In this document: piece by piece, positions 6,649 through 7,059 of the stretch | How positions within the stretch are numbered: position 1 is the first letter of the stretch | Layout of the letters: each line of letters starts with the position of its first letter | The notes under the pieces: generated by a model | What the model was told of the DNA's origin: nothing | Seen by the model: the letters and a program-made list of their open reading frames with translations, nothing else | The model's database searches: none | NCBI RefSeq assembly: GCF_006345805.1 | Contig: NW_021829002.1 | Coordinates: 1-7,059 of the forward strand | Reading direction: 5' to 3' | DNA from: Octopus sinensis | Taxonomy: Eukaryota | DNA length: 7,059 nt | Translations under genes and position numbers: made by a program

Positions 6649-6756
6649 AATGATGACGATGGCAAACATGATAACGATGAGGAGGAGGGTGATGATAACG
6701 GCGACGATGACGATGATGACAATGATGATGATGACGACGACGACGACAATGATGAA

Positions 6757-6798
<42 letters not shown>

Positions 6799-6912
6799 AA
6801 AGATGACGATGGCAAACATGATAACGATGAAGAGGAGGGTGATGATAACGGCGACGATGACGATGATGACAATGATGATGATGATGACGACGACGGCAAT
6901 GATGATGATGAT
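6580..6912 (+). repeat. (GAT/GAC)n block with a 141/150-bp tandem duplication
   Basis: GGCAAACATG at 6661 and 6811; GATGATAACG at 6691 and 6841. Copies are 6607-6747 and 6748-6897. Confidence 0.93.
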
Positions 6913-6994
6913 GTTTCGTCAGTCCCTTAACAGAAAGGTTGACGTTTCATAACCCGGGGGTGTAGGAGTTAGAAGCACAGACGAGGAACACTGT

Positions 6995-7051
6995 GAGAAA
7001 GACAGAGAGAGAGAGAGAGAGAAAGACAGACAGACGGCAGAAAGAGTGAGA
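6995..7051 (+). repeat. (GA)n/(GACA)n compound microsatellite
   Basis: Read directly. Confidence 0.85.
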
Positions 7052-7059
7052 TGCCGGAT

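Noticed and set aside
575-6897. CRISPR-like repeat-spacer arrays
   Set aside because: The periodic units are tandem duplications without unique spacers, in eukaryotic DNA with no cas-like ORF.
6910-6925. Minus-strand CTGACGA followed by AAC (hammerhead core)
   Set aside because: The core overlaps the GAAA, so stem II is absent; a chance match at the edge of the GAT array.

Overview
Eukaryotic, almost certainly non-coding (intronic or intergenic) DNA, most likely from an octopus (coleoid cephalopod). The organism call rests on my recognition of octopus-type tRNA-derived SINEs and was not checked by search. About 70% of the window is degenerate trinucleotide repeat (ACC/ACT/ATC blocks alternating in polarity with GGT/AGT/GTT blocks, then GAT/GAC). 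The rest holds four SINE fragments, two (TAGA)n arrays and short unique spacers. No protein-coding gene is supported: the Thr-, Val-, Pro-, Gly- and Asp-rich ORFs are what stop-poor triplet repeats give in six frames, and many start at GTG/TTG. The best candidate for something new is a ~165-bp element between the two TAGA arrays. It folds into a minimal type I hammerhead-ribozyme-like motif of the dimer-cleaving kind linked to Penelope-like elements, but with a non-canonical core (CUGUCGA). Also notable are a recursive-splice-site-like motif (T-rich tract, TAG|GTGAGT), a tail-to-tail SINE pair forming a hairpin across a palindromic junction, short inverted repeats at the repeat-polarity switch points, and several hidden higher-order repeats.
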